A DNA stretch of 64,000 bases from Octopus sinensis (lineage: Eukaryota): positions 88,288,001 through 88,352,000 of the forward strand of contig NC_043004.1 in NCBI RefSeq assembly GCF_006345805.1. The letters are read 5' to 3'. The translations under genes were made by a program, and so were the position numbers. The notes beneath the pieces were generated by a model. The model worked only from the letters and a program-made list of their open reading frames with translations. It was not told the DNA's origin and searched no databases. This document shows positions 51,377 through 64,000 of this stretch, piece after piece (position 1 is the first letter of the stretch; each line of letters opens with the position of its first letter).

Positions 51377-51902
51377 ATTTGGAGTCAACAAGAAGGAGTA
51401 CATTTGGACATTTATTTTCAATCAATACAATTGTTTCTACGCAACGTAGTTCTTCAGGTGTGCAGGTACTCGAAGCATTATGACATTTAGTTGTATTTCC
51501 TCAGGCCATATGTAAATATTGTCTCCGTAAATTCATATTCTCGGCTTCAAGAACATCCTCTCTGTCTGTTGCGGCATAGAGTTAGTAGTATCCACTGAGT
51601 TTTCAAAAGATGTGTTGTAACTGTATGTACAAGCATTTTGCCAACAGACCTTCAGCTACAACACATCTTTTGAAAACTTAGTGGCTACTACTAACTCCAG
51701 GCCACGACAGACGGAGAGGATGGTCTTGAAGTCGTGAATATGAACTTACGGAGATAATATTTACATATCGCCTGAGGAAACACAATTAGATCTCATAATG
51801 CAAGGAAACGGTTGCGTCATCAAGTAGCTGCACGTCCGGAGAACTACGTTGTGTAGAAACAATTGTAGTGACTAAAAACTGTACGCCATGTTGACTCCAA
51901 TT

Positions 51903-51903
<1 letters not shown>
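51377..51903. repeat. ~525-bp diverged foldback with an HHR-like motif near each outer end
   Basis: Arms pair along about 240 bp with scattered mismatches. Minus strand at 51423-51462 reads CAC|CUGAAGA|ACUACGUUGCGUA|GAAAC-AAUU-GUA. Confidence 0.8.
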
Positions 51904-51939
<36 letters not shown>

Positions 51940-54560
51940 CATGATACATACATACACACATACATATCTTATATTTACACGTATATGAGAAGGGTTCTAG
52001 CTATAATAACTGAAAATACAGTTTATCTATCTACTCTCTCGTTGAAATTCTAGAATTGGCTCCTCTCCCTATAATCCAAGATAACAAACTCTAGATTGAC
52101 AGGTTCTTTCTAAATATACGAAATAATCAACTTGCATTTGTATTACATTCGTTCATTCGGTTATGATTAAATTCGGTGGAGGTTATTATGCAATATACGT
52201 TACATAATGGACTTGTTCTCATTCATGTATACATTCTTGATGCTTGATTTGTCAGCCACACATAGCTGAGACAATTTAAACCATGGAATAAATGCAATAC
52301 TAGCTTGTCCAAACTTCCTATTATATATCTAATATAAAATCACAGGACAGTATAATTAATAGTATGACAAATTATTACCGTATAATCGTATTTATAAACT
52401 GTATTTAGAGTTTAATCAACAATATACATTGTTATCTGCAATTATTCGCGTGAATCCCTCGAATAGCAATATTACCATTTTGATTTGTATTATAGAATGG
52501 AATTTCCATAATTGAAAATTAGAACAATTCAAAGAAGCAATATATTTAGTTCTTCTCTGATCCATTAAGTCTGGTACCGACATCTGCGTAATATGGCTAC
52601 CTTTAAACTTCCAAAAAATTTTTTTTAATAATCTAAAACTATACCATCAAATTCACATACATCAGTGGTTTTGGGAGATAGTTCATAAATAAAGATATCT
52701 AGTTCTAATTATGCCTAGTACTATGTACACACCCAGGAATAAAATATCGGAAGTTCAAACCTATCGAAACGTTGGTTCCAAACTTTGGTAAAATCTCAAC
52801 ATTTCCAGGAAGAGGAGCAAATCGATTACATCGACCACATTGCTCAACTGGTACTTATTTTATCAACCTTGAAAGATGAAATAATGCAAAGGTGATATCG
52901 GCTGAATTTGAGCTTACAACGTAAAGACGAACGAAATGCCGTTAAACATTTTGCCCGTTGTTTTAACGATTCTGAAAGCTCACCTTTTTATTGATTTATG
53001 ACACAAGATTCAAATTTCAAGAAGGATATAGTCGATTAAATTGACCCCGGGACTTCAATGAAACTTTACTTTTTCTCTCCTTGTGAGTATGTAAAGAAAA
53101 CTCAACGTTAATGGAATTTGAACTCAAAACATTAACAGTTTAGACCGTAACTAAATGCCTCAGGTATTTTTCTTATGATGTAACTAATCATCCTATCTAC
53201 CGCCCCCATTGACGTTCACTTGCTGTGCTATTGTCTTACTTTTCAACTGTTAATGCAGTTTGATACATCTCATCGTTCCGTTTGTTTTATGATCCGTAGC
53301 CATATTGTGTGTGACATATATTCTAAGATTTAACACTCTGATCTTCTGTGTTTTCATTACTTAAAATATGACTTCTGACACACAGACTTTCACTTGCCAA
53401 TAGGGGAGAAAAATCTTTAAGCAAGACTGATTGAAAATACATGAAAAAAGAAAAAGAAAAAAAGAAAAGTGAGAAAAGAAAATGAATTATAATACAACCA
53501 TTGAAATAATTAAAATAGAGTCAAATACTTTATATTGGGAATAATAACCAAATCCGCACCAAAAGAAATATTGATGTCTTAAAATCATGAACATATTCGA
53601 TAATGCAATCGTAGCTATATAGAGGGGCAAACGAAACAACTTTGATAATAGATTTGCGCTGTCAAGGCTGACGCGGGGCTAAACAACATCAACAGCAACA
53701 ACAACGGTGATTACGACGACGACGACGACATGAACAGCAGCAACAACCTCTGTGGAGGCGCAATGGCCCAGTGGTTTGGGCAGCGGACGGGCATTGTGAA
53801 TGTTTATTGAACAAAAACACCTAAACTCCACGAGAAGAAATTATAATGAAAAGAAAAAGATCATCTAGGTTAATGTGAATTCTTTGCAAGCAGGAAAAGG
53901 GACAGAACTCCGTAATTTAAATTGATTACGCGTTAAACGGAGATATGGAGTATAGAAAATTGAAAATTGTGTTTCTTAGTTGCAAGTCTATTTCTGAAAT
54001 AGATTATTGATTCCACATCAAATTAATAAGGACGTTTTATAAGAATATATTCAGAGGGATTAAAATTAAAGCCGGCCTTGGTGAGATTTAAAATCAAAAC
54101 TTCAATGAACGTCGTTAGGTGATCAAATACAAAAAAATTCTCTTTGTACTAAATCCATCGTTCACTTCTTAAGAAAATATTAGAAACAAAATATTAAAAA
54201 CGACAATAAAAAAAGAATAAAAAAGACAAAAACATAATACAGTATGTGATTGTTGTGTGATTGCATTTGTTGATATATTATATTTTAGTAAACACTATAT
54301 TTATTTCAATTTACTAATAGGGACATTTCTCAAATATTCATTCATTGTACATTAATTGCACGATTGATTTATATTTCAAGAACAATGAATAGAAAACATG
54401 AAACATTGACTGTTAGTGTCTCTGTTCACGAACATTTTAATGTATCACGGCAGCTCTAAAATTAGATGTCATAATTTATTTATATCACACGGTAAAAGAT
54501 AATCTTGTATCACTAAATCATCATCATCATCATCGTTGTCGTCGTCGTTGTTGTTGTTGT

Positions 54561-54950
54561 TAAGGCGGCGAGCTGGCAGAAACGTTAGCACGCCGGGCGA
54601 AATGCGTAGCCGTATTTCGTCTGCCGTTACGTTCTGAGTTCAATTCCGCCGAGATCGACTTTGCCTTTCATCCTTTCGGGGTCGATTAAATAAGTACCAG
54701 TTACACACTGGGGTCGATGTAATCGACTTAATCCGTTTGTCTGTCCTTCTTTGTCCTCTCTGTGTTTAGCCCCTTGTTGGTAGTAAAGAAATAGGTATTT
54801 CGTCCCCATTTACGTTCTAAGTTCAAATTCCACCGAAGTCGACATTGTCGTTCACTCTTTCGGGGTCGATAAATTAAGAGCCAGAGAAACGCTGGTGTTG
54901 ATGTAATCGACTAATCCCTTCCCTCAAAATTTTACGCTTTGTGCCTATAT
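54561..54950 (+). mobile_element. SINE family A, dimeric
   Basis: Consensus match. Confidence 0.87.
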
Positions 54951-54958
54951 CAGAAAGG

Positions 54959-54994
<36 letters not shown>

Positions 54995-55885
54995 GTTATT
55001 ATTATTATTATTATTATTATCATTATTATTATTATTATTATTATTATCATTATTTGAAAAGTCACAGCTTACTTTGCTGGGTATCATAGAAAGTGTCAGC
55101 TGTCCACAGCCAGCTGATTAAGGTGCCACTTGTTTACTGGTCATGCTTCAAGAATCCTGCGAAGAATTCTCGCAGTTCCAAGCAATGCTGATTCTTGTAG
55201 GTGTTCTACCTTCACTCTTGCATCAATCTTTTTTTAGCGATGCTGGTCGTTGAGAGCTGATACTTTCAAGTGCACTAGTTACTATTGGTATCATGTTTAC
55301 TTTCTTCATTGACCACAACCTTCGTACTTCCCACTTCAAATCGTCATAGTATTTTTTACTTTTTCTTCTTCTTTCACATTGATCCTTTTGATGTTGTTGT
55401 TGTGATGCTGTTGTGGTGAGCTGGCAGAATCGTTAGAACACCGTGCAAAATGCTTAGCAGTATTTCGTTCATCTTCACATTCTGAGTTCAAATTCCGCCG
55501 AGGTCGATTTTGCTTTCCGTCCTTTCGGGGAGCGATACATTAAGAACCGGCTAAACCTTGTGTCGATGTAATCGATTTAGCCCCACGCTTGAACTTGTTG
55601 ACCTTGAGCCAAAATTTGAAACCATTATTGTTACTGATGCTGGTGGTGTTGTTCTTGTTGCTGATGTTATGTAACAATTGTGAACATTAGCGTCGCTGGT
55701 TAATATTTTCAACGCACCAGTCTCTAATTGCGTATATATTTCACTAGGATAGTTCTGGTTATGTGTTAAGAAGCTTACTTCCCAACAACATGCTTCAGGG
55801 TTCAGTCACACTGCGTGACACCTTGGACCAAGTATCTTCTATCAAAGTCTTGTAAATGGATTTGGTAGACGGAAGGCCGTCGTAT

Positions 55886-55940
<55 letters not shown>

Positions 55941-56072
55941 ATATTATATTGAGGGTACTACTATTCAGAGAACCGCACACTAAGAAGGACCAATGCGGTC
56001 AAAACTACTAAAATAAACAAAATTTTACCGAATGCAAAACTTCAAAGCAAGTCATTTAAGAAAAAGAATTTA

Positions 56073-56136
56073 GTTACATATCACCTGTGATTTCGCAATT
56101 AATGCAGAATATGCATTCTATGTTCATCAGTGCAAC
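56073..56136 (-). ncRNA. type I hammerhead (inverted copy)
   Basis: Reverse complement of the 56532-56595 motif. Confidence 0.8.
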
Positions 56137-56531
56137 AAACTCAATTTTGTTTATTTTAATAGTTTTGACCGCATTGGTCCCTCTTAGCGTGCGGTATCTA
56201 TGGATAGTAGTACCCTCAATATAATATAAAATAATATTTTCAAAGTGGAAAAATTTACGGATTTTTTCTCTCTTACGAGGTTTTTCACGCTAACTACTGA
56301 TAATTTCTTATAAAATTTTATCTCATTTGTAAATTTATATTTTTTTATTCACGGAATAGTTCAATACTGAATTTTTGTTCCGAGTAAGCATTTGTTACCG
56401 AAATGCATTGCGAATAAGCCCGCCTTTTTCATAGATATGTAAAGATAACATTCGTACATGCTACGACGATTCTATCTACGGTTGGCTATCGGGTTTGTAA
56501 CGTTATGTTTTTTCTTATATGTCTTGAGTTT

Positions 56532-56595
56532 GTTGCACTGATGAACATAGAATGCATATTCTGCATTAATTGCGAAATCACAGGTGATATGTAAC
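56532..56595 (+). ncRNA. type I hammerhead ribozyme, 501-bp unit
   Basis: GUUGCA|CUGAUGA|A-CA..AAUGCA-UAUUC-UGCAUU..UG-C|GAAAU-CACAGGUG-AUA^UGUAAC; 6-bp stem I with one G-U pair; predicted cut after 56589. Confidence 0.84.
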
Positions 56596-56852
56596 TGAAT
56601 TCTTTTTCTTAAATGACTTGCTTTGAAGTTTTGCATTCGGTAAAATTTTGTTTATTTTAGTAGTTTTGACCGCCTTGGTCCCTCTTAGCGTGCGGTATCT
56701 ATGAATAGTAGTACCCTCAATATAATATAAATTAATATTTTCAAAGTGGAAAAATTTACGGATTTTTTCTCTTACGAGGTTTTTCACGCTAACTACTGAT
56801 AATTTCTTATAAAGATTTTATCCTCAATTGTAAATATATATATATATATATA

Positions 56853-57040
56853 GTTAATCCAAACATGAAAACACAAAGAGAAAACACAATAACGCGAGGA
56901 CGTGGAACAAGTATAGTATTATTGGACGCTCAGGAAAGAAGGAAAGAAGGAGGGTTTAACGTGTCGAGCGGAGCTCTTCGTCAGAAACATAGGAAAAGGA
57001 AAGATCCAAAGAAGGGAAGACGGAGGAAAAACATCGCCAA
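56853..57040 (-). mobile_element. PLE-end fragment, same family as 1962-2118
   Basis: GUUU|CUGACGA|A-GAG-CUCCG-CUC|GACAC-GUU^AAAC (GAAA mutated to GACA). Confidence 0.7.
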
Positions 57041-57073
57041 CGGTACACACTCCGTCACATTTTGAATATATAA

Positions 57074-57104
<31 letters not shown>

Positions 57105-58769
57105 GATGTATGCATGTATGTGTGTGTGTGCGTGTGTGTATGTGTGTGTGTATTGTGTTTCTGTGCTTCTCCCACACTACCGCTTGACAACCGGTGTTTG
57201 TATGTTTACGTCCCCATAAACCAGCGGTTCTGCAAACGATACCGATGAAATAAGTACCAGACTTTAAAAAATGAAACACTAGGGTCGATTCTTCAAGGCG
57301 GTGCCACAGCACGGCCGCAGCCTAATAACTAAAACAAGTGAAAAATAAAAGATATATACCAAAAAATAAAAAACTATGCATAAGCGTCTCATTAGATTCA
57401 TAAATTCGGTAAATTTGCAAATTTCGAAATGTCGTCACAAAAGCAAATTGATTCTAAGAAACTTAATTCTTCTTCCAGTTTGAAATGGACATTTTTAGGT
57501 AGAATTTCTTTAAAATTCTTCGATTTTTCTCCAAGTTTATTACAACTTTATTAATATCCTATCCTATGGATAAAGGATGTAGAACTTTTCTTTCGTAACA
57601 CGCATTTGTGTCAGAAGCTCTCAAGTAGCTAAATCGCCTTCAAAGGTGTTTCACAGAAGCCTGAAATCTATTAGAAAACTGTCTTGTTTTCTTGCGTGTT
57701 TTCTCGGTACTGGTAAAGCAACTCAAATTTGTCCACTGATTGTCTTGCGCACATTTTCACTTTATTATATTGTATTTTATTTATTTAAACAACGATCAGC
57801 TGCCATCCACATACTGTCAATATAAATGACTTGCTTCCTCCCAGCAACTTTTCTCTTTTCCTCTTTTTTCTCTCTCTTGTCTTCGTTATATTGCTATGAT
57901 GAATGTCTTTCCTACCTCTTGTATTCCGTAATCACGAATATACATCCTCTCCACCCTTTCTAGCGATGCTTTCTTCCGCAATTTCTAGTTAAGTGTACAG
58001 TAAATGTGTATCGCAGTGAATGATGGGTGTTATCAGAATTTTGACTTAGATTCCAACTGCAAATAGGAAAATTTAGTTAGTATTCCTCATTAGAATCGTG
58101 TGTAAATTTATTATTCACCAACATTCGTTTTTAATTTAAATAACGGTTAGCCGTGTCTCTTCTTCTTCTTCTTCTTCTTCTTCTTCTTCTTCTTCTTCTT
58201 CTTCTTCTTCCTGTTCGTCTCCTCCTCCTTCACCTCTTTCTTCTCTAGTCTGCTTTTACTTATATTAAATCTTATTTTCATTTCTATTTTTTATTATTCA
58301 ACACTACCTTTTCCACTGTTCTTCTCTCTAAATAGTCAATCATTTTAGAATAAACCTTACTTTTCTCTTTAACAAATATATGCATTCTGTCTAGAACTTC
58401 TCACTTCTCACTAACGACAATTCACTTCTCTTCCCAGTATTTTGTATCTACTTTCAATCAATTACTTATATACGCCTTACCTTTTCTTATTCGATTTCAC
58501 AACAACTTCTAATAAATACTCTCCTTCACCATAAAGTTGATTGTATCCGCAATTGTACAATGGTAGGTGATCTCTTCCCCTCTATTATTATTACTAGTTA
58601 TTTATTTTATATTTTTATATTTCATCATCACCATCATTAATTATTGTAATAACTCCACAGTATGTATCTATGTACATATGTATATATGTATGCATGCATG
58701 TATGTATATATGTATGTCTGTATATGTCTGTATATGTGTATATATGTGTGTATATATATATAAATAAAT

Positions 58770-59102
58770 AATAAAGTGTCTCCTACTATAGCCTCGGGCC
58801 GATCAAAGCCTTGTGAGTGGATTTGGTAGACGGAAACTGAAAAGAAGCCCGTCGTATATGTATATATATATATATATGCATGTGTGTGTTTGTGTGTCTG
58901 TGTTTGTCCCCCTAGCATTGCTTGACAACCGATGCTGGTGTGTTTATGTCCCCGTTACTTAGCGGTTCGGCAAAAGAGACCGATAGAATAAGTACTGGGC
59001 TTACAAAAGAATAAGTCCCGGGGTCGAGTTGCTCGATTAAAGGCGGTGCTCCAGCATGGCCGCAGTCAAATGACTGAAACAAGTAAAAGAGTAAAGAGTA
59101 AA
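58770..59102 (+). mobile_element. SINE family B (5'-truncated)
   Basis: Consensus match. Confidence 0.85.
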
Positions 59103-59197
59103 GAGATATATATATACACACATACATACATGCATGCATACACAAACACACACACACCACACACACACATATATATATATGCATATACATATGTATG

Positions 59198-59246
<49 letters not shown>

Positions 59247-59869
59247 TATCAAACGTGTGATAATGGTAATGAAATAGCGTGAACAGGATAAATTATCCAT
59301 GCAGAAAAATTACGTTTCCGGCCACCCATATATATATATATATATATATATATACAACGGAAGGAAACTACACAGTTTACATAGGTTTACAGAGTATTGT
59401 GATAATCGTCCAGTTTCGCGTTTCGCTAGTCATGACATTGAATTTGCTGCACTTTCGTATTAAGATTTTTTTAGTCCACGTTCCTGTATGAGAGTTTGTA
59501 GATGAATCAGCATGGAGAAAAAATCTAAGGGGAGGTAATTGGGGATTATTATTATTCGGGACGGGATGGTAATTGCACATTTTTGGTTGGTTAGATATTT
59601 TGGATTGGATAAATTTACATAAACTCACGCGTTAAAGTAGTGAGATAAAATATCTACAGTGTTGGGTATACGATCATGAATTAAAATTTTTACTGAAACC
59701 AAAATTATTTATGCTCTCATATTCAGATGTGTTTTTGTATTTTTGGATAATTGAATTTTCTTTATTTAATCGTTTTTGTAGAGAAATTGTTTCCTTGCAC
59801 TGGTAGATAGGAAACACCGTGAAGTTTCAAGTTTCGTTGGAGGTTTCCCGCACATCTCTTTATGTGTTC

Positions 59870-59943
<74 letters not shown>

Positions 59944-60584
59944 AAATTCAAAAGTCGAACAATAAGCAGATGTATTAGTTTAATACTCGGGAAGAATGGA
60001 AAAGTCTCTTATAATTCGAGCCTACGCTCTTCAGAAACAGAAAAGATTAAGATGAAAAAATGGAAAATGAAAAAAAAAAACCGAGAGAGAAAGAATGTGC
60101 AGAGTTCTACGGTCTAACATAGCCTGATGACTAGAAAAATGAGACTGAATGAAAGGGAGATAATAATGATCATAATACCGTTAATGGTAGTCCCTACGAA
60201 CTAAGGTGCGCAAGCACATGTGTATATGTGATAATGGTGTATGTGAGCGTGTATGTTTGAATGGGAGCGAGTGTGTAAGTACGTACGTGTGGGCGAGTGC
60301 GTGTCTGTGTGCGTATGAACGTGTGTATATATATGTGGAGCTAACGTGTGTGTGTGTTATGTGTAGCAGTTGATGTGTGCTTGTTTAGGTGGTGTGTGAA
60401 CATGTGTATGTATGTGTATGTGTGTGTGTGTCTGTGAATAGTCTGCATATGTATAGCGTTTGTCTGTGGGCAAGTTATCTTGTCTCTGCGTGTTGTGTCT
60501 GTTTATGCGTGTTACGCGCGTGTGTGTGTATATATTATCTACTTTCAGGTAATATATAATAAAATAAATAAATGCGCCCTTTTA

Positions 60585-60820
60585 AAGACTAGCCAGGCTA
60601 ATGGGCCCGGTTTCCCGGTTTCTATAGCGTATGTGTTCCCTAGCTGGACGGGACGCCAGTCCATCGCAGCGATACTCATTTTTGCCAGCTGAGTGGACTG
60701 GAACAACGTGAAATGAAGCGTTTTGCTCAAGAACACAATGCGTCGCCCGGTCCAGGACTCGAAACCATAATCTTACGGTCATGATGCTGATACCCTGAAC
60801 ACTAAATCACGCGCCTCCAC
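60585..60820 (-). mobile_element. SINE family C
   Basis: Matches 23030-23260. Confidence 0.8.
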
Positions 60821-60907
60821 TAATATATACATACATATATTATATATATATATATATGAAAAAACAAGTCAAAAATAGAAAATGCTAAGATGATTTTATA
60901 GTGAATC

Positions 60908-60951
60908 TTTCAGTACCGGTTTCGGTCATTTTGAGACCTTTTCAACTGTAA
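60908..60951 (-). ncRNA. minimal hammerhead with U3/A8 covariant core
   Basis: UUACAG|UUGAAAA|GGUC-UCAAAAU-GACC|GAAAC-CG-GUA^CUGAAA. Confidence 0.7.
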
Positions 60952-63264
60952 CGATTAATAATTAATTTAGAAAAATTAGAAGAAAAGTTTTTTTAAAAGA
61001 ATATTTCTGTAGTAGTGTTCAGATATAAGTAGCATTCTGCCTTTCTCTGACTCCCTTGTTTGCACTTGTGTGTTTCGGTCGTTTTTGAGTTCTTGGTAGG
61101 ATAGGTGAAGAATAATGAGGCTGATGTGGAGAGGGGGTGGGAAATCTGGGAATGCCTTATGGTCGTATTTTGAATGGTCAGGGCTGACAGTAGTCGCAGT
61201 TCAATTCAGGAATTGTTTATGAATTTGCGTAGGCGTTATACTGAAAGACATTAGTGACAAGGTTAAGGGGGGAAGGGGAGAGAAGTAGAAGAAGAAGAAG
61301 ATGACGATGTTGATGTGATGATGTGATGATGAAGAAGAAGAAGAAGAAGAGGAGAAGGAAGAAGGAGAAGATGGTGGTGATGATGGTGGTGATGATGATG
61401 ACGACGATGATGATGCTAATGATGATGATGAGAGAAGAGGAAGAAGAAGAAGAAGAAAAAACAGAGAAGGGAGAATATGAATGGTGTGTAAGTATAGCTT
61501 GATGGGGCTGATTAGTAATGGATTCTATGGAGTGTAATATTTGTGTGTGTATATATTTCTTTTATTCTAAGTTGAAGGTATATTAATTGTTTGTCGAGAC
61601 CCGTTAAGAAGTGGCTTGTATTTTGTAATAAAGAGATTTTCTTTACTATTCGTTGTCTCGAGTTGTATCGTCCCTAAATTGGTAGAGGGGGAAAAATTCT
61701 GAAGTTTGTTTGGTGTTTTTTGTTGGCGCAAGTATCTATGTGTTGGCTAAAAGCTATTTTTCTGTTTTGGGGAAATTTTTATCTGGGATCTGTGCAGGGC
61801 CATTCGTTTACGGCAAACCATTTTTTGTTTGGCCTATGTACTGTCTTGACACCCGGGAGCAGGTTAGTGAGTATATTAGGTTCTCCGAAGCACATGTGAA
61901 GTTGCTTTTCACTGTAAACGTTGTCCCTGTTTGAAGGAGAACTCTGATCCCTCAATTAGATAGTCGCAATCCCGCCAATTGGGTCTTCCACATTTTTTTA
62001 CTGTCGGCTTCTGTGTTGAAGAGTGATTCGGGCTTGTGTAAGGAGACTTTTTCATGGATCTAGGCTGTCTTTTGCTTTTTATGATCGTGTGTGTTTGGAG
62101 GATTGTGTTCATTCTGTAGTCTTTTTAGGAGGGGTATCTTGTGGAGGATGGTGTCGAAGGCTTCGTTATTGAGAGGGTTGTGTGTGGAGATGTATGGTAA
62201 GGCTTTTGGTTGTAAGTTTTCTTTGATTTGGGATGTCTCAGTTCCTTGATGTTAAGTTGAAGGGCACGTTGAATGCACTTGTCAATAAGTGAAGGTGGAT
62301 AGTTCCTGGTGATAAGGTATCTTTTAGTTCTTGTAGTCGTGCTTCGGAGAAACCTAATATACTCACTAACCTGCTCCGGGTGTCAAGAGCAGTACATAGG
62401 CCAAACAAAAAAATGGTTTGCGTAAACGAATGGCCCTGCACAGATCCCAGATAAAAATTTCCCCAAAACAGAAAAATAGCTTTAGCCAACACACATAGAT
62501 ACTTGCGCCAACAAAAAAAACACCAAACTTCAGAATTTTCCCCTCTACCAATTTAGGGACGATACAACCTCGAGACAACGAATAAGTAAAGAAAATCTCT
62601 TTATTACAAAATACAAGCTACTTCTTACGGGTCTACGACAAACAATTAATATACCTCAACTTTAGAATAAAAGAAATATATACACACACAAATATTACTC
62701 CATAGAATCCATTACTAATCAGCCCCATCAAGCTATACTTACACCATTCATATTCTCCCTTCTCTGTTTTTTTCTTCTTTTCTTCTTCCTCTTCTTCTTC
62801 ATCATCATCATTATCATCATCATCGTCGTCATCATCATCACCACCATCATCACCACCATCTTCTCCTTCTCCTTCTTCTTCTTCTTCTTCATCATCATCA
62901 TCATCAACACGTCATCTTCTTCTTCTTCTACTTCTCCACCTTCCACCCCTTAACCTTGTCACTAATGTCTTCAGTATAACGCCTACGCAAATTCCATAAA
63001 CAATTCCTGAATTGAACTGCGACTACTGTCAGCCACTGACCATTCAAAATACGACCATTAAGGCATTCCCAGCTTCCCCACCCCCTCTCCACATCAGCCT
63101 CATTATTCTTCACCTATCTACCAAGAACTCAAACACGACTCGAACACACCAGTGCAAACAAGGGAGTCAGAGAAAGGCAGAATGCTACTATATCTGAAAC
63201 ACTACTACAGAAATATTCTTTTAAAAAACTTTCTTCTAATTTTCTAAATTTAATTATTTAATCG

Positions 63265-63308
63265 TTACAGTTGAAAAGGTCTCAAAATGACCGAAACCGG
63301 TACTGAAA
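63265..63308 (+). ncRNA. minimal hammerhead with U3/A8 covariant core (second copy)
   Basis: Same sequence as 60908-60951; predicted cut after 63302. Confidence 0.7.
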
Positions 63309-63391
63309 GATTCACTATAAAATCATCTTAGCATTTCTATTTTTGACTTGTTTTTTCATATATATCAACACGTGTGTTCCTTTCCACCCTT

Positions 63392-63431
<40 letters not shown>

Positions 63432-64000
63432 TTATATATATATATACGCACACATGCCACACACGCATGTGTATATAAATCAGTCATAAATATTTATGGT
63501 AAAAATATATTTACTGACAGACAAAATTAATCAAACCATCGACCGTTTGAGCAATTGCTACTGACGATACTTACAGAATAGGCAAAACTAGGCCCGTAAG
63601 GTGATTCTAGTATGCCCATGGGGCGCTTACCTCCCCTATCAGTGTATATATATATTGCGCTTTTCTTACAGCATTGAAAGTTCTTTAGTCTTACTTCTAG
63701 CAATGTAGGTGCTTCAGCTCCCTTCGTCACACCTGGTGACGATTAAATTTTTCACTGTGCACCAGCATGACTGCAGCTTTAAATCTGAGACAATTTAAAG
63801 AATTTAAAGAATATATATACATTAAGAAGAAAGAAATGGAGAGGGAATGAAAAAAACGGAGAGAGAAAGAATGTGCAGAGTTTAACTGTCCAACATGGTG
63901 AGATGACTGGAAAAGAGTGGCCGAATGAAAAGAAGATAATAATAAGGATAATAATAACGGTAACGGTGACCCCAACGAACTAAGCTGCGCAAGCACATGT

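Larger units (their letters stand above)
55938..56830 (+). mobile_element. 501-bp direct repeat (about 1.4 copies) plus 205-bp inverted 5' copy, hammerhead-bearing
   Basis: AATTTTGTTTATTTTA recurs at 56143 and 56644. Segment 55938-56143 is the reverse complement of about 56524-56730. (TA)n flanks. Confidence 0.87.
60858..63357. mobile_element. head-to-head inverted PLE fragments (minus arm 62340->60858; plus arm 62339->63357)
   Basis: Minus-arm peptides RLQELKDTL..NYPP, KSKRQP, KKCGRP..C..L, TVKSNFTCASENLIYSLTC..YIG (PLE linker plus GIY-YIG), frameshifted. Both arms end in the same HHR-containing terminus; TA flanks. Confidence 0.88.

Overview
Animal nuclear DNA that is very rich in microsatellites and repeats. 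The (TA)n/(TATC)n/(CA)n density and recurrent tRNA-derived SINE families suggest an octopod cephalopod (inference, not searched). I found no host protein-coding exon; nearly all listed ORFs are translated microsatellites or SINE/antisense noise. Recognisable content: about five SINE families, three L1/Tx1-type LINE fragments, a mariner remnant, two DNA-transposon MITEs, a tRNA-Glu pseudogene, and many Penelope-like element (PLE) sequences (RT/GIY-YIG at 33.3-36.4 kb, 49.9-50.3 kb and 61.6-62.3 kb). The main result came from folding sequence by hand: about 20 type I hammerhead ribozyme (HHR) motifs belonging to roughly ten different sequence families. Three unrelated non-coding head-to-tail repeats (units of 487, 450 and 501 bp) carry one intact hammerhead per full unit and sit in (TA)n tracts. 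Two of them have a short inverted copy at the 5' junction, the same geometry as the neighbouring PLEs. They look like retrozyme-type, circRNA-forming non-autonomous retroelements that could be mobilised by PLEs. Ribozyme activity, transcription and novelty are untested.
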